From: the human T2T-CHM13v2.0 reference genome, Homo sapiens
Length of the DNA: 64,000 nt
Reading direction: 5' to 3' (one strand)
Assembly (NCBI RefSeq): GCF_009914755.1
Contig: NC_060928.1
This document shows positions 13,416 to 26,799 of the stretch, in pieces. A program made the position numbers and the translations under genes. Under the pieces are notes generated by a model, which was not told the DNA's origin, ran no database searches, and worked only from the letters and a program-made list of their open reading frames with translations. The number at the start of each line of letters is the position of its first letter. Positions within the stretch are counted from its first letter, which is position 1.

Positions 13416-14834
13416 TTTCCCCCTAACTGCAACGTGATGGTTCTTACATCAAGAAAACACAAAGTTGATTTCTGCATTTGAGGACCAGATGTTTAAAATA
13501 CCTAGGCTTACCCAAAGGCCATTTTATTCATGAATTTCTACATCTAAAACATATGTTTCACTCTTTAACACCCAGTTCAAGATACCCAGGGGGAAGAAAC
13601 CATCCAAAAATGGGCTTCCTATATCCAGGCCCTAATAATAGATAACAGATCTGCCTTAATGCCCCATATCCAGGATTACCAGAAGTTCCTTAAACCACAC
13701 CTGGTAAATGAAAGACTGGTACTAGAAGGATACTTTATTTATTATTTATCTTCTGTTTTTTCCCAGGATGGTTTTTGAGGCAATGTATCCTAAAGAATAA
13801 ATGAGTACAACCCACAGTTCTCTTGAGAATTCAAGAACGCCTTAAAGGAAAGCGCCGCTAAGTTATAAGCCCATCCTGGATTCCTGTTCTCAGAATATCA
13901 TCCTCTGGGAAATTCATGCAGTCTTACATTTTTGTTCTTTATACTGAGTAATGGCAAAAGAATAAATAAAGGGTTAGATTAAAGGAGATTGGAGCTCAGC
14001 TAAGGAAAAGATGAAAAAGACTAAAATGGAGTCCTATGCCCAAGAAAATAGTAAAAGTAGGGAAATGGAATGGACTCAGTGATTACAAAGGAAGAGTTTT
14101 GCAAAGGAGAACCAGATAAAAAACAGTCAGAAAAGATAATATAAAAAGAAAACCTACAGGAAAAATCATAAAATAAATACAAAAAAAATCACTGCAGGCT
14201 TTTTGCAGAAACTAATTCAAATTCTTATTCCAATACACAGAACCTAACGTAGGCAAAACAATTTTAAAACAGTTTCCAAAAATAAAAATCCAGGTTGTAG
14301 ATTTATAGTACCTGATTTCAAAATTTACTATTAAGCTACTATAATCAAACAGTGTAATAGGGGCATAAGTATAGCCAAATATATTAATTAAACAGAATGA
14401 AGTTCATGATTGTATCCACACATATGTGGTCAAGTGATTTTTGACAAAGATATAAAGGCAATTCTGTATAAAGAAAGATAACATTTTTAATAAATGGTGC
14501 TGAAACAACCACTCACAAAAAAAAATCTTTGAAATTTTTACTCAAAATACATCATAAAAATGACTGTAAAACCAAAACTATAAAATTTCTAGAAGAAAAT
14601 CTTTTGACCTTGCATTAGCAAGATTTCATAAACACAATGCCAAAATCATGATCTATAAAATAAAACTTGTTAAGTCATTCCTCAAAATTGAGAACTTCTG
14701 CTCTTTGGAGGGAATTGTTAAGGAAATGAAAAGACATGCAACAGACTACAAGAAAATATTTGCAAATTACATGTTTTATAAAAGATTTGTATACAAAATA
14801 TGTGAAGAATTCTCAAAACTCAATAATAAATACA

Positions 14835-17118
14835 TTTTTTAATTTTTATTTTAGGTTTGGGGGGTACATGTGAAGGTTTGTTACATAGATAAACATGTGT
14901 CATGGGGGTTTGTTGTACCTATTATTACATTACCCAAGTATTAAGCTGAGTATCCAATAGTTATCTTTTCTGTTCTTCTTCCTCTTCCCTCCACCTCCAC
15001 CCTCAGGTAGCCCCCAGTGTCTGTTGTTTCCTTCTTTGTGTTCATAAGTTCTAATCATTTAGCTCTTTAGTTCTCATTATAAGTGAGAACATGTAGTTTT
15101 TGGTTATGTGTTCCTGTATAAGTTTGCTAAGGATGAAAGCCTACAACTCCATCCATGTTCCTGCAAAAGACATGATCTCATTCTTTTTTATGGCTGCATA
15201 GTATTCCATGATGTATATGTACCATATTTTCTTTATCCAGTCTGTCATTGGGGGCATTTAGCTTGATTCCATATCTTTGCTATTGTGAACAGTGCTGCAG
15301 TGAACATTTGCATGCATGTGTCTTTACGGTAGAATGCTTTATATTCCTCTGGGTATATACCCAGTAATGGGATTACTGGGATGAATGGCAGTTCTGCTTT
15401 TAGCTCCTTGAGGAATCGCCATACTGTTTCCCACAATGGTTGAACTCATTTGCACTCCCACCAACAGTGTATAAGGGTCCCCTTTTCTCCACAACCTCAT
15501 CAACATCTGTTATTTTTGACCTTTTAATAATAGTCATTCTGACTGGTGTGAGACAGTATCTCATTATGGTTTTCATTTGCATTTCTCTAATGATCAGTGA
15601 TATTGAGCTTTTTTACATATGCTTGTTGGCCACATGTATGTCTTCTTCTGAGATGTCTCTGTTTATGTCCTTTGCCCACTTTTTAATGGGGTTGCTTGCT
15701 TTTACCTTGTAAATTTGTTTCAGTTCCTTATAGTTGCTGGGTATTAGACCATTGTCAGATGCATAGTTTACAAGTATTTTCTCCCATTCTGTAGGTTGTC
15801 TGTTTACCCTGTTGACAGTTTCTTATACTATGCAGAAGCTCTTATGTTTGATTAGATCCCACTTGTGAATTTTTGCTTTTGTTGCAATTGCTTTTGGTGT
15901 CTTTGTCATGAAATCTTTGCCTGTTCCTAGGTCCAGGACAGTATTGCCTAGGTTGTCTTACAGGGTTTTTGTAGATTGGGGTTTTACATTTAAGTCTTTA
16001 AGCCATCTTGAGTTGATTTTTGCATATAGTGTAAGGAAGGGACCCAGCTTCAATCATCTGCATATGGCTAGCCAGTTATCTGAGCACCATTTATTGAATA
16101 GGGAATCTTTCCCCAATTTTTGTTTTTGTCAGCTTTGTCAAAGATCAGATGGTCATAGATGTGTGGCCTTATTTCTAGGATCTCTATTCTGTCACCCAAA
16201 ACAGCAAAGATGGTGGCCCACCCCTTCCTCTGGGAGTGCCATCTCAAGGGGATTTCAGATCTCTGTCATCTGGAGAGCTTGGACCGCAGTAGCTGGAGGC
16301 CCTAGTTGGGAGGTCCCACCCAGTGAGGAAGAACAGGATCAGGCACCCACTTAAAGCTGCAGTCTGGCCACATTTTGGTAGAGCAGCTGTGCTATGCCGA
16401 TGGATCCCTTCCACCCCAGCTTGGCTCAGACACTCCAAAGCCTGAAGGCTGGAACACTAAGGCTTCTGAACAGCAAAGATGGCACCCCACCCCTCCACCC
16501 GGGAGCTCCTTCTTAGGGAGGTGAAATGCTGCTGCTGGTAGCTAGCTGGAATTCTAAGCCATTGGGTCTCATCTTGTGAGGTGCCATGAAAGTGGGACCT
16601 GCAGGCTGCTGCTTAGCCCCCTGGATTCAGCCACTTTCCTAGGGGTATGTACAGGAGTCTAACCTACTTTGCTAGAGTTGCAGTGACATTTGCTGGAAAG
16701 CCCAAGTATTCAAGGCTCCAGGGTCTCCATGTATACTTGAGTGGCTGCTCTGTTGAAACTCCATGTAGCTCTGTCTGTCAGACTGAAGATTAAAGGCCCT
16801 GGTGGAGTGGGTTCACAAGGAGACCTCCTGACCTGAGGGTTGCAAAGATCTCTGGGAGAAACATGGTTTCCCAGGGTCATTCATTCACTTACCACTTCCC
16901 TGGGTAGGGGAGGGTACCCTGCTTCCATGTTGCTCCCAGGTGGGCCATTGTCCTGTCTTTCTTTTCTTTGTTCCCTGTGGATCAAGTTGTTTCCTTGATT
17001 AATCCCAATGCAAGTACTTGGATGTTTCATTTGAAGGTGTTGTATTTACTCACCCCTTCTGTTCCTCTGCATGGGAACCACACACACTACCTACTTCTAG
17101 TTGGCTATCTTGGCTACC
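14835..17118 (-). mobile_element. L1PA (approx. L1PA11-13) with the 5' UTR joined directly to the ORF2 3' end (internal deletion)
   Basis: T-tract tail at 14835; ORF2 C-terminal peptides (LLGIYPEEYK..., TPVRM); switch to 5' UTR at ~16192; L1 start ttggctatcttggc; degenerate TSD aaatacatttttt / aaatcaatttttt. Confidence 0.85.
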
Positions 17119-17764
17119 CAAATCAATTTTTTAAAAGGTCAAAATATTTGAATAGGCATTTTAACAAAGAAGATGTATAGATGGCCAATAGCACATTAAA
17201 AGACATCCAACTTTATTAATCATTAGGAAATTCAAATTAAAACCATAGTGAGATACCAATACATAGTTTTCTGAATGTCTAAAATTAAAACAACTAACCA
17301 TACCAAGCATTGACAAGGAAGTGGAGGAACTGTAACTCTAAAGAACTGCTTCTGTGAATGCAAAATGGTACAGCCACTTTGGAAAACAGTTTGGCAATTT
17401 CTTAAACTATTAAACATATACCTATTTTATGACCCAACAATCCATTCCTGGGTATTTATACAAGAGAAATGGAAGTATATCTCCATAAAAAGGCTTGTAC
17501 ATAAATGTTCATAGCAACTTAATTTGCAATAGAAACAACTGGAAACAGCCCCAATATCCATCAATAAATGAACAGGTAAACAAATTGTGATATATCTATG
17601 CAATGGAATACCACTAAACAACAAAAAGGAATAAACTACTGATACATATAACATCATGAATGAATCTAGTAACAGTTATGCTGAGCAAATAAAAAAGGAG
17701 CCAGAAAATAATAGAGTAGATGTCTTATAATTTCATTAAGAGAAAATTCTAGAAAATGAAACTG

Positions 17765-18078
17765 CAGCCATGACTTGGTATCCATGGGGGATTGGTTCCA
17801 GGACCCCCATAGATATCAAAATCCACAGATACTCAAGTACCTTATATAAAATGGCATAGTATTTGCATATAATCTATGCAAATCCTCCCATACACTATAT
17901 ATCATATCTAGATTACTTATATAATACCTAACACAATGTAAATATTATGTAAATATTTTTTATATTTTATTTGTATTATTTTTATGTTGTATTGTTACTT
18001 TTTAATTTTTTAAATATTTTTGATCCATAGTTGGTTAAATCTGCTGATGCAAAATCCACAAATATGGAGAGTCAGTTG
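17765..18078 (+). mobile_element. MER2 (Tigger) DNA transposon
   Basis: gtatccatgggggattggttccaggacccc...caaaatccacagatactcaagt; inverted termini. Confidence 0.85.
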
Positions 18079-18299
18079 TAAATCATAGTAATGGAAGACA
18101 GATCAGTGGTTTCCTAAAGATGAGGGGGAAGGTAAAAGCCAGGAAAGAGGAATTACAACCGTACATGAGAATGATGGATATATTAATCATGTTGATTGTG
18201 GTCATGATTTCACAAGTGTATTCCTATGTCTAAACTTAGTAATTGTGCATTTTATTTCATATTAATTATATCTCAATAAATCTGTTTTTAAGATAAAAC

Positions 18300-19370
18300 C
18301 CATAAAAAGATACCACCACAAACACACTAGAATTATCACAATTTTAAAAAGACTGACAATGCCAAATGCTGGCATGTATTTTGAACAACCCGAACCCTCA
18401 TATTTAGTTGGTGGGGTACAAAATGGTAACAATCACTTCAGAAAACATGTGGGCAGTTTTTTATACAGGAACCAATGCATTGACTTTATAACCCAGTGAT
18501 TTCACACCTAGGCAATTACAGGTTAAGTATCCTTTACCCAAAAATCTGAAATCTGAAATGCTCCAAAATCCAAAACTTTTTGAGTATTGACATGACATTC
18601 AAAGGAAATGCTCATTTGGGTTATTTCAGATTTCAGATTTTTTAATTAGGTATGCTCAACCAGTAAGTATAACAAAAATTTTCCTAAATCTGAAAAAAAT
18701 TCAAAATCTGAAACACTTCTGGTTCCAAACGCTTTAGAAAAAGGATAGTCAACCTGTGCCCATGATAAATGAATCTTCATATACAGCAGCTCTGTTCTAG
18801 TCAAAAACTAAAAAGCACAAATATCTATCAACTGGAAAACAACTACACAATGAAACACTACTTAGCAATAACAAAAAACAAACTGCTGATATTTCAAACA
18901 ACATGGATGACTCTCAAAAACATGTTGTTGATCAAGAGAAGTCAGACACAAGGGTACACAATTTTTATTCAAGCTACATTTAGTTCAATAATAGGCATAA
19001 GTTATCTATAATGTTTAAAATCAAAATATTTACTTTGGACAGAGGGAAGAGGGCAAACTGGAAAAGGCATAAGGTCAGTTTCTGTGATTATAGATTTAGG
19101 GGATACAAGTACATGAATATATTGCATAGTGAAGGCTGAGCTTTTAGTGTACCCATTACCAAACAGTGAACATTGCATCCAATAGGTAAACTTTCCACCT
19201 TCAAAGCCCTCCCACCCTCCCACCCTCTGGTATCTCCAATGTTTCTTTTTCCACTCTGTATGGCCATGTGTACCCATTTTTTAGCATTTATCAAAATTCA
19301 GAATGGTACACTGAAAATATGAGTAATTTACTATATATAAATTATACTTCAATATGTAATAAGAAAAAAT
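18300..19370 (+). mobile_element. Old L1M 3' fragment interrupted by Tigger4 and an antisense L1PB 3' end (19085-19290)
   Basis: Degenerate ORF2 C-terminus and 3' UTR motifs. Confidence 0.6.
18519..18756. mobile_element. Tigger4/MER46 MITE
   Basis: TIRs caggttaagtatcc...ggatagtcaacctg; aaatctgaaatgctccaaaatcc core. Confidence 0.85.
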
Positions 19371-20739
19371 AATTTTAAGGACTTAAACAACTATGTGCCA
19401 TCATGGACAGAATAAATAATATATATATAAAATATATATTTTATATATATATACACACATATGGATGTGTATATATACATATATTTGAATATATATATAC
19501 ATTCGAAGAGACAGAATTCTAAAACCACTGAAAAACTCTTATAACTAAGAAACAATATCAGCAAGGATTTAGGGTATAAGATTAATACACAAATGTAAAT
19601 TGTATTTATATTCACTAACAATAAACAATTCCAAAATGAAATTATGAAAACAATTATTTGCCATAACATTAAAAGGATAGAAATGGGAATAAATTTAACA
19701 GAGAAATGCAGGACTTGTCCACTGAACACTATTTGTATTGTAGAAAAAACTGAGAGAAATCTAAATAAATGGAGAGATATCACAGGTTCAAATATCAAAA
19801 AACTATTTTAGTTTTTATTGCATTTGCTTTTGAGGTCTTAATCATAAATTATTTCCCTAGGCCACAACCAGAAGAATTTTTCCTAGGTTTTCTTCTAGAA
19901 TGTTTATACTTTCAGGTCTTAAAATTTAAGTTTTTAATCCAGTTTTAGCAATTTTTATATGTGGTAAAATGTATGGGTCCAGTTTCATTCTTCTTAATTT
20001 GGCTATTGAATTTTCCCAGCACCAATTATTTAATAGGGTGTCTTTCCATAGTGTATGTTTTTGCCTGCTTTGTCAAAGATCACTTGGTTGTAGGTATGTG
20101 GCTTTATCTCTGGGTTCCTTATTTTGTTCAATTGATCTATATGTCTATTTATATACCAGCATCATGGTATTTGATTACTATAGCCTTGCAATATAATTTG
20201 AAGTCAGGTAATGTGATGCCTCCAGCTTTGTTCTTTTTGCTTGGGAATTCTTTGGCTATTCAGGCTCTTTTTTGGTTCCTTATTCATTTTAGGATTGTTT
20301 TTTCTAGATATGTGAAAAATGACATTGATAATTTGATAGAAATTGCATTAATTGTACACTGCTTAGGAAAGTATGGTGATTTTAAAGATATTGATTCTTC
20401 CAATCCATGAACATGGAATATTTTTCCATTTGCTTATGTTATCTATGATTTCTTTCATCAGTGTTTGTAATTCTCCTTGCAGGGATATTTTAACTTCTTG
20501 GTTACATGTATTCTTAGCAATTTTTTTGTAGCTATTGTGAAAGGAATTGAATTATACATGAAGGGTTGTATAGAACTGCTACTAATTTTTTTATGTTGAT
20601 TTTGTATCCTGAAATTCTACTAAATTTATTTATCAAATCTAGGAGTCTTATGGAGGAATCTTTGGGTTTTTTTGGGTGTATAAAATCATATTCTCAGAGA
20701 ACAGAGATAATTTGACTTCCTCTTTTCCAATTTGGATGC

Positions 20740-21038
20740 TTTTTTTTTTTTTTTTTTTGACAGAGTCTTGCTCTTGTTGCCAGGCTGGAGTGCAATGGCA
20801 TGATTTCAGCTAACTGCAACCTCCGCCTCCTAGGTTCAAGCAATTTTCTTGCCTCAGCCTCTTGAGTAGCTGGGATTACAGGTGTCCGCCACCATGCCCA
20901 GCTAATTTTTGTATTTTTAGTACAGACAGAGTTTCACCATGTTTTCCAGGCTGGTCTCAAACTCCTGACCTCAGGCGATCCACCCACCTCAGCCTCCCAA
21001 AGTGCTGAGATAACAGGTGTGAGCCACTGTGTCCAGCC
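20740..21038 (-). mobile_element. AluS (Sq/Sp/Sx-like)
   Basis: Poly-T, dimeric Alu body ending ccagcc. Confidence 0.93.
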
Positions 21039-21169
21039 ATCTTTTATTGTTTTGTCTTGCCTGATTGCTCTGACTAGGAATTCCAGTACTATGTTGAATA
21101 GGAGTGGTTACAGTGGGCATCCTTGTCTTGCTCCAGCTCATAGTCTTTGACTGTGGCTTTGTTGTACAA

Positions 21170-21622
21170 CACTGGGAAAAAACTGAGTGTTGGGAAAAAA
21201 AACTGAGGCATGGCTTGCATGTCTGACATAATGTCCCGGGCTCAGGGCATAAAACTCCTCGTGGCCTCTGGAATGAGTCTAGACTTGCTGGCTCCTTGCT
21301 TCTAGTTTAAACTAGAAGAACATGCTGCCCATTATCTCAAGTAGCAGAACATGTTATGTTCCATATGCCTCAAAAGAAATGCTAACCCATCACAGCTGTA
21401 GATCATTTACTTGCCCTTTCACCCCCACATTCTCACCACCTGTTTCTTTGTTTGATCACCAGTAAACAGTCTGGGCTTTCAGAGCTCGGGGTCTTTGCAA
21501 CCTCCATACTCACGTTGGCCCCCTGGACCCACTTTCTCTCTCAAACTGTCTTTTCTCATTCCTTTGACTCCGCTGGACTTCATTGCCCCCACGACCTGGT
21601 GTTGGGTCTGATCACCCAAACA
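21170..21622 (+). promoter_or_regulatory. 5' LTR (LTR14A/B-like)
   Basis: Direct repeat of 27511-27961; GCATAAAA TATA-like box; poly(A) signal degenerate (AGTAAA). Confidence 0.85.
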
Positions 21623-21626
21623 TTCC

Positions 21627-21644
21627 TGGTGCCCAACGTGCGGC
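21627..21644 (+). promoter_or_regulatory. Primer-binding site for tRNA-Lys(CUU)
   Basis: TGGTGCCCAACGTGCGGC, 16/18 match to TGGCGCCCAACGTGGGGC, 4 nt after the LTR. Confidence 0.9.
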
Positions 21645-21770
21645 GACAAAGACCCCAGTGAAGGAAGGCTAGAGCATGTAAAAGCAGAGGACACATCATC
21701 AAAGGACACCTGAGGATGATTAAAGGAAGCTCAGTGGGAAAGCTGAGTGCTCAGAAGAACCAGGGTAACA

Positions 21771-23419
21771 ATGGGACAAAGTGAAAGCAAACATTCTGCT
21801 TATTTAAATTTCTTAAGGCATTTACTACAAAGAGGGGGAGTGAAAGTTAGTACTCAGAATTTATTATCAGTCTTTAGTACAGTAAAGCAGTTTTGCCCAT
21901 GGTTCCCAGAAAAAGGGACTATGGAGTTGGATGAATGGGAGAGAATTGGCAGAGATTTTAAAAAGACGTATAAAGATGGAGCAAAAATTCCAGTTTCTGT
22001 TTGGTCAACGTGGATGCTAATAAAGGCAGCTCTTGAGCCATTTCAAACAGATGATAAGGCAGATTCAGATGAGGAAGAGGAGGACAAGTGTAAAAAACTA
22101 ACTTCAGATTCTGAATGTGAGGAACAGAAACTGGAGGAAATTAAAGAAAAGAAAGGAAAACTGAAAAAAGTATGTTTTACTAGCCCGTCGGCTCCACTTG
22201 CTGAATTAAGTGAATGGCCACCTCCTCTCTCTCCCCTTAATAGGTGAGAAAATGAATTAGATGAAAAACTTATAGCTCCTGTAGTTGCAACATTAAAACC
22301 TGGAGCAATTGGTGGTGCTATACAAAATTCTATTCAAAAGGCTAGAGCTGAGGGAGACCTTGAAGCATGGCAATTTCCTGTTACTATAATCCAGCAAGGA
22401 GGACAGAATATAGCTAATTGGGCCATCTTTCCATTTAAATTGTTAAAGGAATTCAAGCAAGCCATTAGTCAATATGGGCCAAACTCTTCTTTTGTGCAAA
22501 CTTTGTTAAAAAATATGGCTCTTGATAAAAGGTTAATACCACATGATTGGGATACTTTGAAAAAATCTATTCACACTCAATCTCAGTACTTGCAGTTTAA
22601 AACCTGGTGGGCTGATGAAGCTCAATCTCAGGCAAGGGAAAACCCACAAGCACAGCCACCTGTGCCTGTTTCCTTTGAACAGTTCATGGGAGTTGGCCCT
22701 AATTGGAGTTGATTAGAAAATCAAGCAGTAATGGAGGATTTTGCCATTGAACAGCTGGCTCTGTGTGCTTACAGGCATGGGAAAGGATAAATGTTACAGG
22801 GGAAAAATACCCTTCTTTCAGTTCTGTCCAACTAGGACCTAAAGAACCATATATTGATTTTATTGCTTGGCTCCAAGAGGCTGTGTATAAAGCCATAACT
22901 GATAAAACAGCTCAGGATGTTGTAATACAGCTTCTTGTATATGATAATGCTAATGCAGAATGTCAAATTGCTATTAGATGCCTGAGAGAGAAAACTCATT
23001 TAGCTGAATATATGAAGGCTTGCGTTGGCATTGGAGGTAACTTACATAAGGCTACTCTTTTAGCTCAGGCTATGGCTGAATTAAGAGTTGGAAAGAATAT
23101 GCCCCATTTCTCAGGCTCTTGCTTCAATTGTGGGCAATTTGAACACACAAAAAAGGAATGTAGAAGAGGAAATCAAAATGCAAGGACTATTATCATCAAT
23201 CAACAGAAAAGCCCTGGTGTATGCTCCCATTGTAAAAAAGGCAATCACTGGGCAAATCAGTGTCGTTCTAAATTTAGCAAACATGAACAACCTCTTTTGG
23301 GAAGCAGGAATAGGGGCCCGCCTTGGGCCCCTCAACAAACCGAGGCATACCCGGCACAGCCAGTGCGCTTACAAATGTACAACAATTGTCCCCCGCCACA
23401 GCAGGCAGTGTTGCCATAG
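21771..23419 (+). pseudogene. gag: HERV-K gag (stop at 22245, frameshift near 22700-22760)
   Basis: MGQSESK myristoylation start, FCPWFP matrix, QLGPKEPYIDF major homology region, knuckles CFNCGQFEHTKKEC and CSHCKKGNHWANQC. Confidence 0.93.
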
Positions 23420-24224
23420 ACCTTTGCAGCACAATTCCCGCCTCCTTACTTCCTGGGGAGCCACCAAAGAAGGTCCCCACGGGATTTAGGGAACCCTCAC
23501 CCTCAGGAACAATTGATCTATTACTTGGAAGGTCTAGTCTAAATTTAAAAGGTGTCACAGTGCATACGGGAATAATTGACTCTGATTATACTAGAGAAAT
23601 TCAACTAGCTATTAGTTCCTTGACCCCATGGTCTGCCTCCCCAGGAGAAAGAATTGATCAGTTGTTGCTGTGACCTTACATAAAACTAGGAAGCAGCACA
23701 GTGAAAAGAATAGGAGGCTTTGGTAGTACTAATCCAGCAGGAAAGGCTGTATATTGGGTTAATCAAGTGTCTGACAAAAGACCTGTTTGTACCATAACTA
23801 TTCAGGGAAAGGATTTTGAAGGACTAGTAGATACTGGAGCTGATTTCTCTATTATTGCTCTAAATCAATGACTCCGACACTGGTCCAGACAAAAGGCTTC
23901 CATGGGTATCATTTGCATAGGAACAGCCCCAGAGGTTTTCAAAGTTCCTTGATTTTACCATGTCAAGGGCCGGATGACCAGGAAGGGACAATTCAGCCTA
24001 TTATTACACCTATTCCTGTCAATTTATGGGGTAGGGACTTATTGCAACAATGGGATGCTGAAATATCTATTCCTATGGATCAATATAGTAATAATAGTAG
24101 ACAAATGATGAAAAATATGGGATATCACCTGGGAGAAGGACTAGGAAAAAATTAAAATGGCCAATCAGAATCTTTAGAATTAAAAAGACAAACAGATCAG
24201 ACCAGATTGGGGTGTCATTTTTAG
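23300..24224 (+). pseudogene. pro: HERV-K pro: dUTPase + aspartyl protease + G-patch, disrupted
   Basis: dUTPase motifs AGSVAIDL, GRSSL, GIIDSDY, RIGGFGST; protease LVDTGAD at ~23824; G-patch [15 protein letters not shown]. Confidence 0.92.
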
Positions 24225-26799
24225 GAGTGGCCATTGTTGAGCCTCTGGCTCCCATTCCTCTTGTTTGGCTAGCTGCCAAACTGGTTTGGGTGGAACAATG
24301 GCCACTGAAACAGGAAAACTGGAGGCTTTAAAAGAACTGGTGCAGAAACAATTGCAAAAGGGACATATAGAGCCTACTTTCTCCCCTTGGAATTTTCCTG
24401 TATTTGTCATTAAGAAAAAATCTGGTAAATGGAGAATGCTAACAGACTTTGTTAATGCTGTAATTCAACCAATGGGTGAGCTACAATCAGGGCTGCCCTT
24501 CCCAACAATGATTCCAAACTACTGGCCTCTTATAGCAATAGATCTAAAGGACTGTTTTTTTTACCATTGCTTTAGCTGCCCAAGAGTATGAAAAATTCAC
24601 TTTTAATGTTCCTGCCGTAAATAATAAAGAACAGATACCATTGGAAAGTACTACCACAAGGCATGCTAAGTAGCCCGATTATTTGTCAAACTCATATTGG
24701 GAAAGCTATTAAGCCAGTTATAGAAGAGTTTAAAAAATGTTATATTATCCATTACATGGTGTGCAGCTGAAACTAGGGAAGCTGAATACATGTGTGCAGC
24801 TGAAACTAGGGAAGAATTGATGTTGTGCTACAAACAGTTAGAAAAGACTGTAAATGCAGCAGATTATAGCCCCCAATAAAAATCCAAACTTCTATTCCCT
24901 TTCAATATTTAGAATAGAACAAAGTGCTATTAAGCCTCAAAAGGTTCAAATTCAAAGAGATAATTTAAAAACCTTAAATGATTTTCAAAAATTATTAGGA
25001 GACATTAATTGGATTCATCCAACTTTAGGCATTCCTACCTATGCTGTCTCACCTCTTTTCTACTTCATGAGGTGATTCTAACCTTAACAGTAAATGCTCC
25101 CTGTCCAAAAAAGCATCGGAGGAACTTCAATTAATTAAGGAAAAAATTCAGCAAGCACAAGTAGAACAAACTCATCTGATACAGCCATTAGAGTTTTTAG
25201 TTTTTCCTACTAAGCATTTGCCTACAGGAGTTATAGTTCAACAGGATGATCTGGTGGAGTGGCTTTTTCTACCTCACAATACAACCAAAATGCTCACTCT
25301 GTACTTAGATCAAATTGCTGTGCTAGTAGGACAAGCGAGGCTGTGCACAACAAAGCTAATGGGATATGATCCAAATCAATTATAGGTCCATTAACTAAAC
25401 AACAAATTCAACAAGCCTATATTAATTCCCAAGAATGGCAGGTTAATTTGGCCAGTTTTGTTGGCATTCTTGATAATCATTATCCTAAGTCTAAAATCTT
25501 CCAGTTTCTAAAATTAACATCCTGGATATTGCCTTCTATTACTCAGAAAGCCCCTATTGAAGGGGCCATTACTGTTTTTACGGATGGATCTAGTAATGGA
25601 AAAGCCTTATTTGCAGGACCTCAACAACAAGTTTTGCAAACTGATTTTGCTTCTGCTCAAAGGGCTGTACTTATGGCTGTGATAACAGTGTTAAAAACTT
25701 TTAAACAGCCAGTAAACATTTTTTCTGATTCAGCCTATGTAGTACAAGCCATGCAAAATATTGAATGTGCCTTAATTCAAAATGTGACTGATGAACAACT
25801 TAATCTTTTATTTCATTATTTACAGTAAGTAGTACAACAAAGGCATTCACCTTTCTATATCACTCATATGAAAGCACATACTAACCTCCCTGGCCGTTTA
25901 ACTAAACTTAATCAAAAGGAGGATGCATTGGTGTCTGCTGTCTTTGCTGATGCACAAACATTCCATTCTTTAACCCATCTTAATGCTGCAGGCCTTAGAA
26001 AAAGATATGGTTTATCATGGAAACAAGCTAAAGAAATGGTGCAACACTGTTATGCCTGCCAAGTCCTGCATCTGCCACATCAAGGAACAGGAGTTAACCC
26101 TAGAGGTTTATCTCTAACTTCCATCTGGCAGATGGATGTAACACATATTCCTGCTTTTGGAAAATTGTCCTTTGTTCATGTTTCAGTAGATACCTATTCA
26201 CATTTTATCTGGGCCACATGTCAAACAGGAGAGGCTACAGCTCGTATTAAAAGACATCTTTTATCTTGCTTTTCTGTCATGGGAATCCCAGAAAAAATCA
26301 AAACTGATAACGGCCCAGGATACTGTAGTAAAGCCATGGCTACATTTTTTCAACAGTGGAATATTACCCATACTACGGGTATTCCATATAACTCACAAGG
26401 ACAGGCAATAGTGGAAAGAGCTAATCATACTTTAAAAACTCAAATACAAAAGCAAAAGGGAGGAGAGCAGAATATAAAACACTGCATATGCATCAATTGC
26501 ATCTAGCTTTATTAACATTAAATTTTTTAAATTTACAAAAAAATCAACCCATAACTGCAGCGGAACAACACCTGACAGGACAAAAGGAAAATAAAAAGGC
26601 TGGACAAGATATATGGTGGAGGGATGTACATACAAAGAGTTGGAAAAAAGGAAAGATAATTATATGGGGAAGAGGATTTTCTTGTGTCTCTCCAGGTGAC
26701 AATCAGGTGCCTGTGTGGGTGCCCACTAAACATCTGAAGATCTATCATGAGCCACAGCATCTAGTGGACCCACCTGCACAGTGCAAATTGAAGGTTTGA
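24215..26799 (+). pseudogene. pol: HERV-K pol (RT-RNase H-integrase), multiply disrupted
   Basis: [35 protein letters not shown]; RNase H VFTDGS / FSDSAY; integrase HHCC and D-D-E core. Confidence 0.95.

Larger units (their letters stand above)
14190..18290 (+). mobile_element. Old L1M (L1MB/MC) ORF2 3' half and 3' UTR, interrupted by an L1PA and a MER2
   Basis: Segments 14190-14834, 17120-17764 and 18080-18290 are collinear L1 3' sequence. Confidence 0.75.

Noticed and set aside
21771-26799. Replication-competent or coding-intact HERV-K
   Set aside because: Multiple stops and frameshifts, YMDD deleted, RNase H Glu changed (QRAVL), no env
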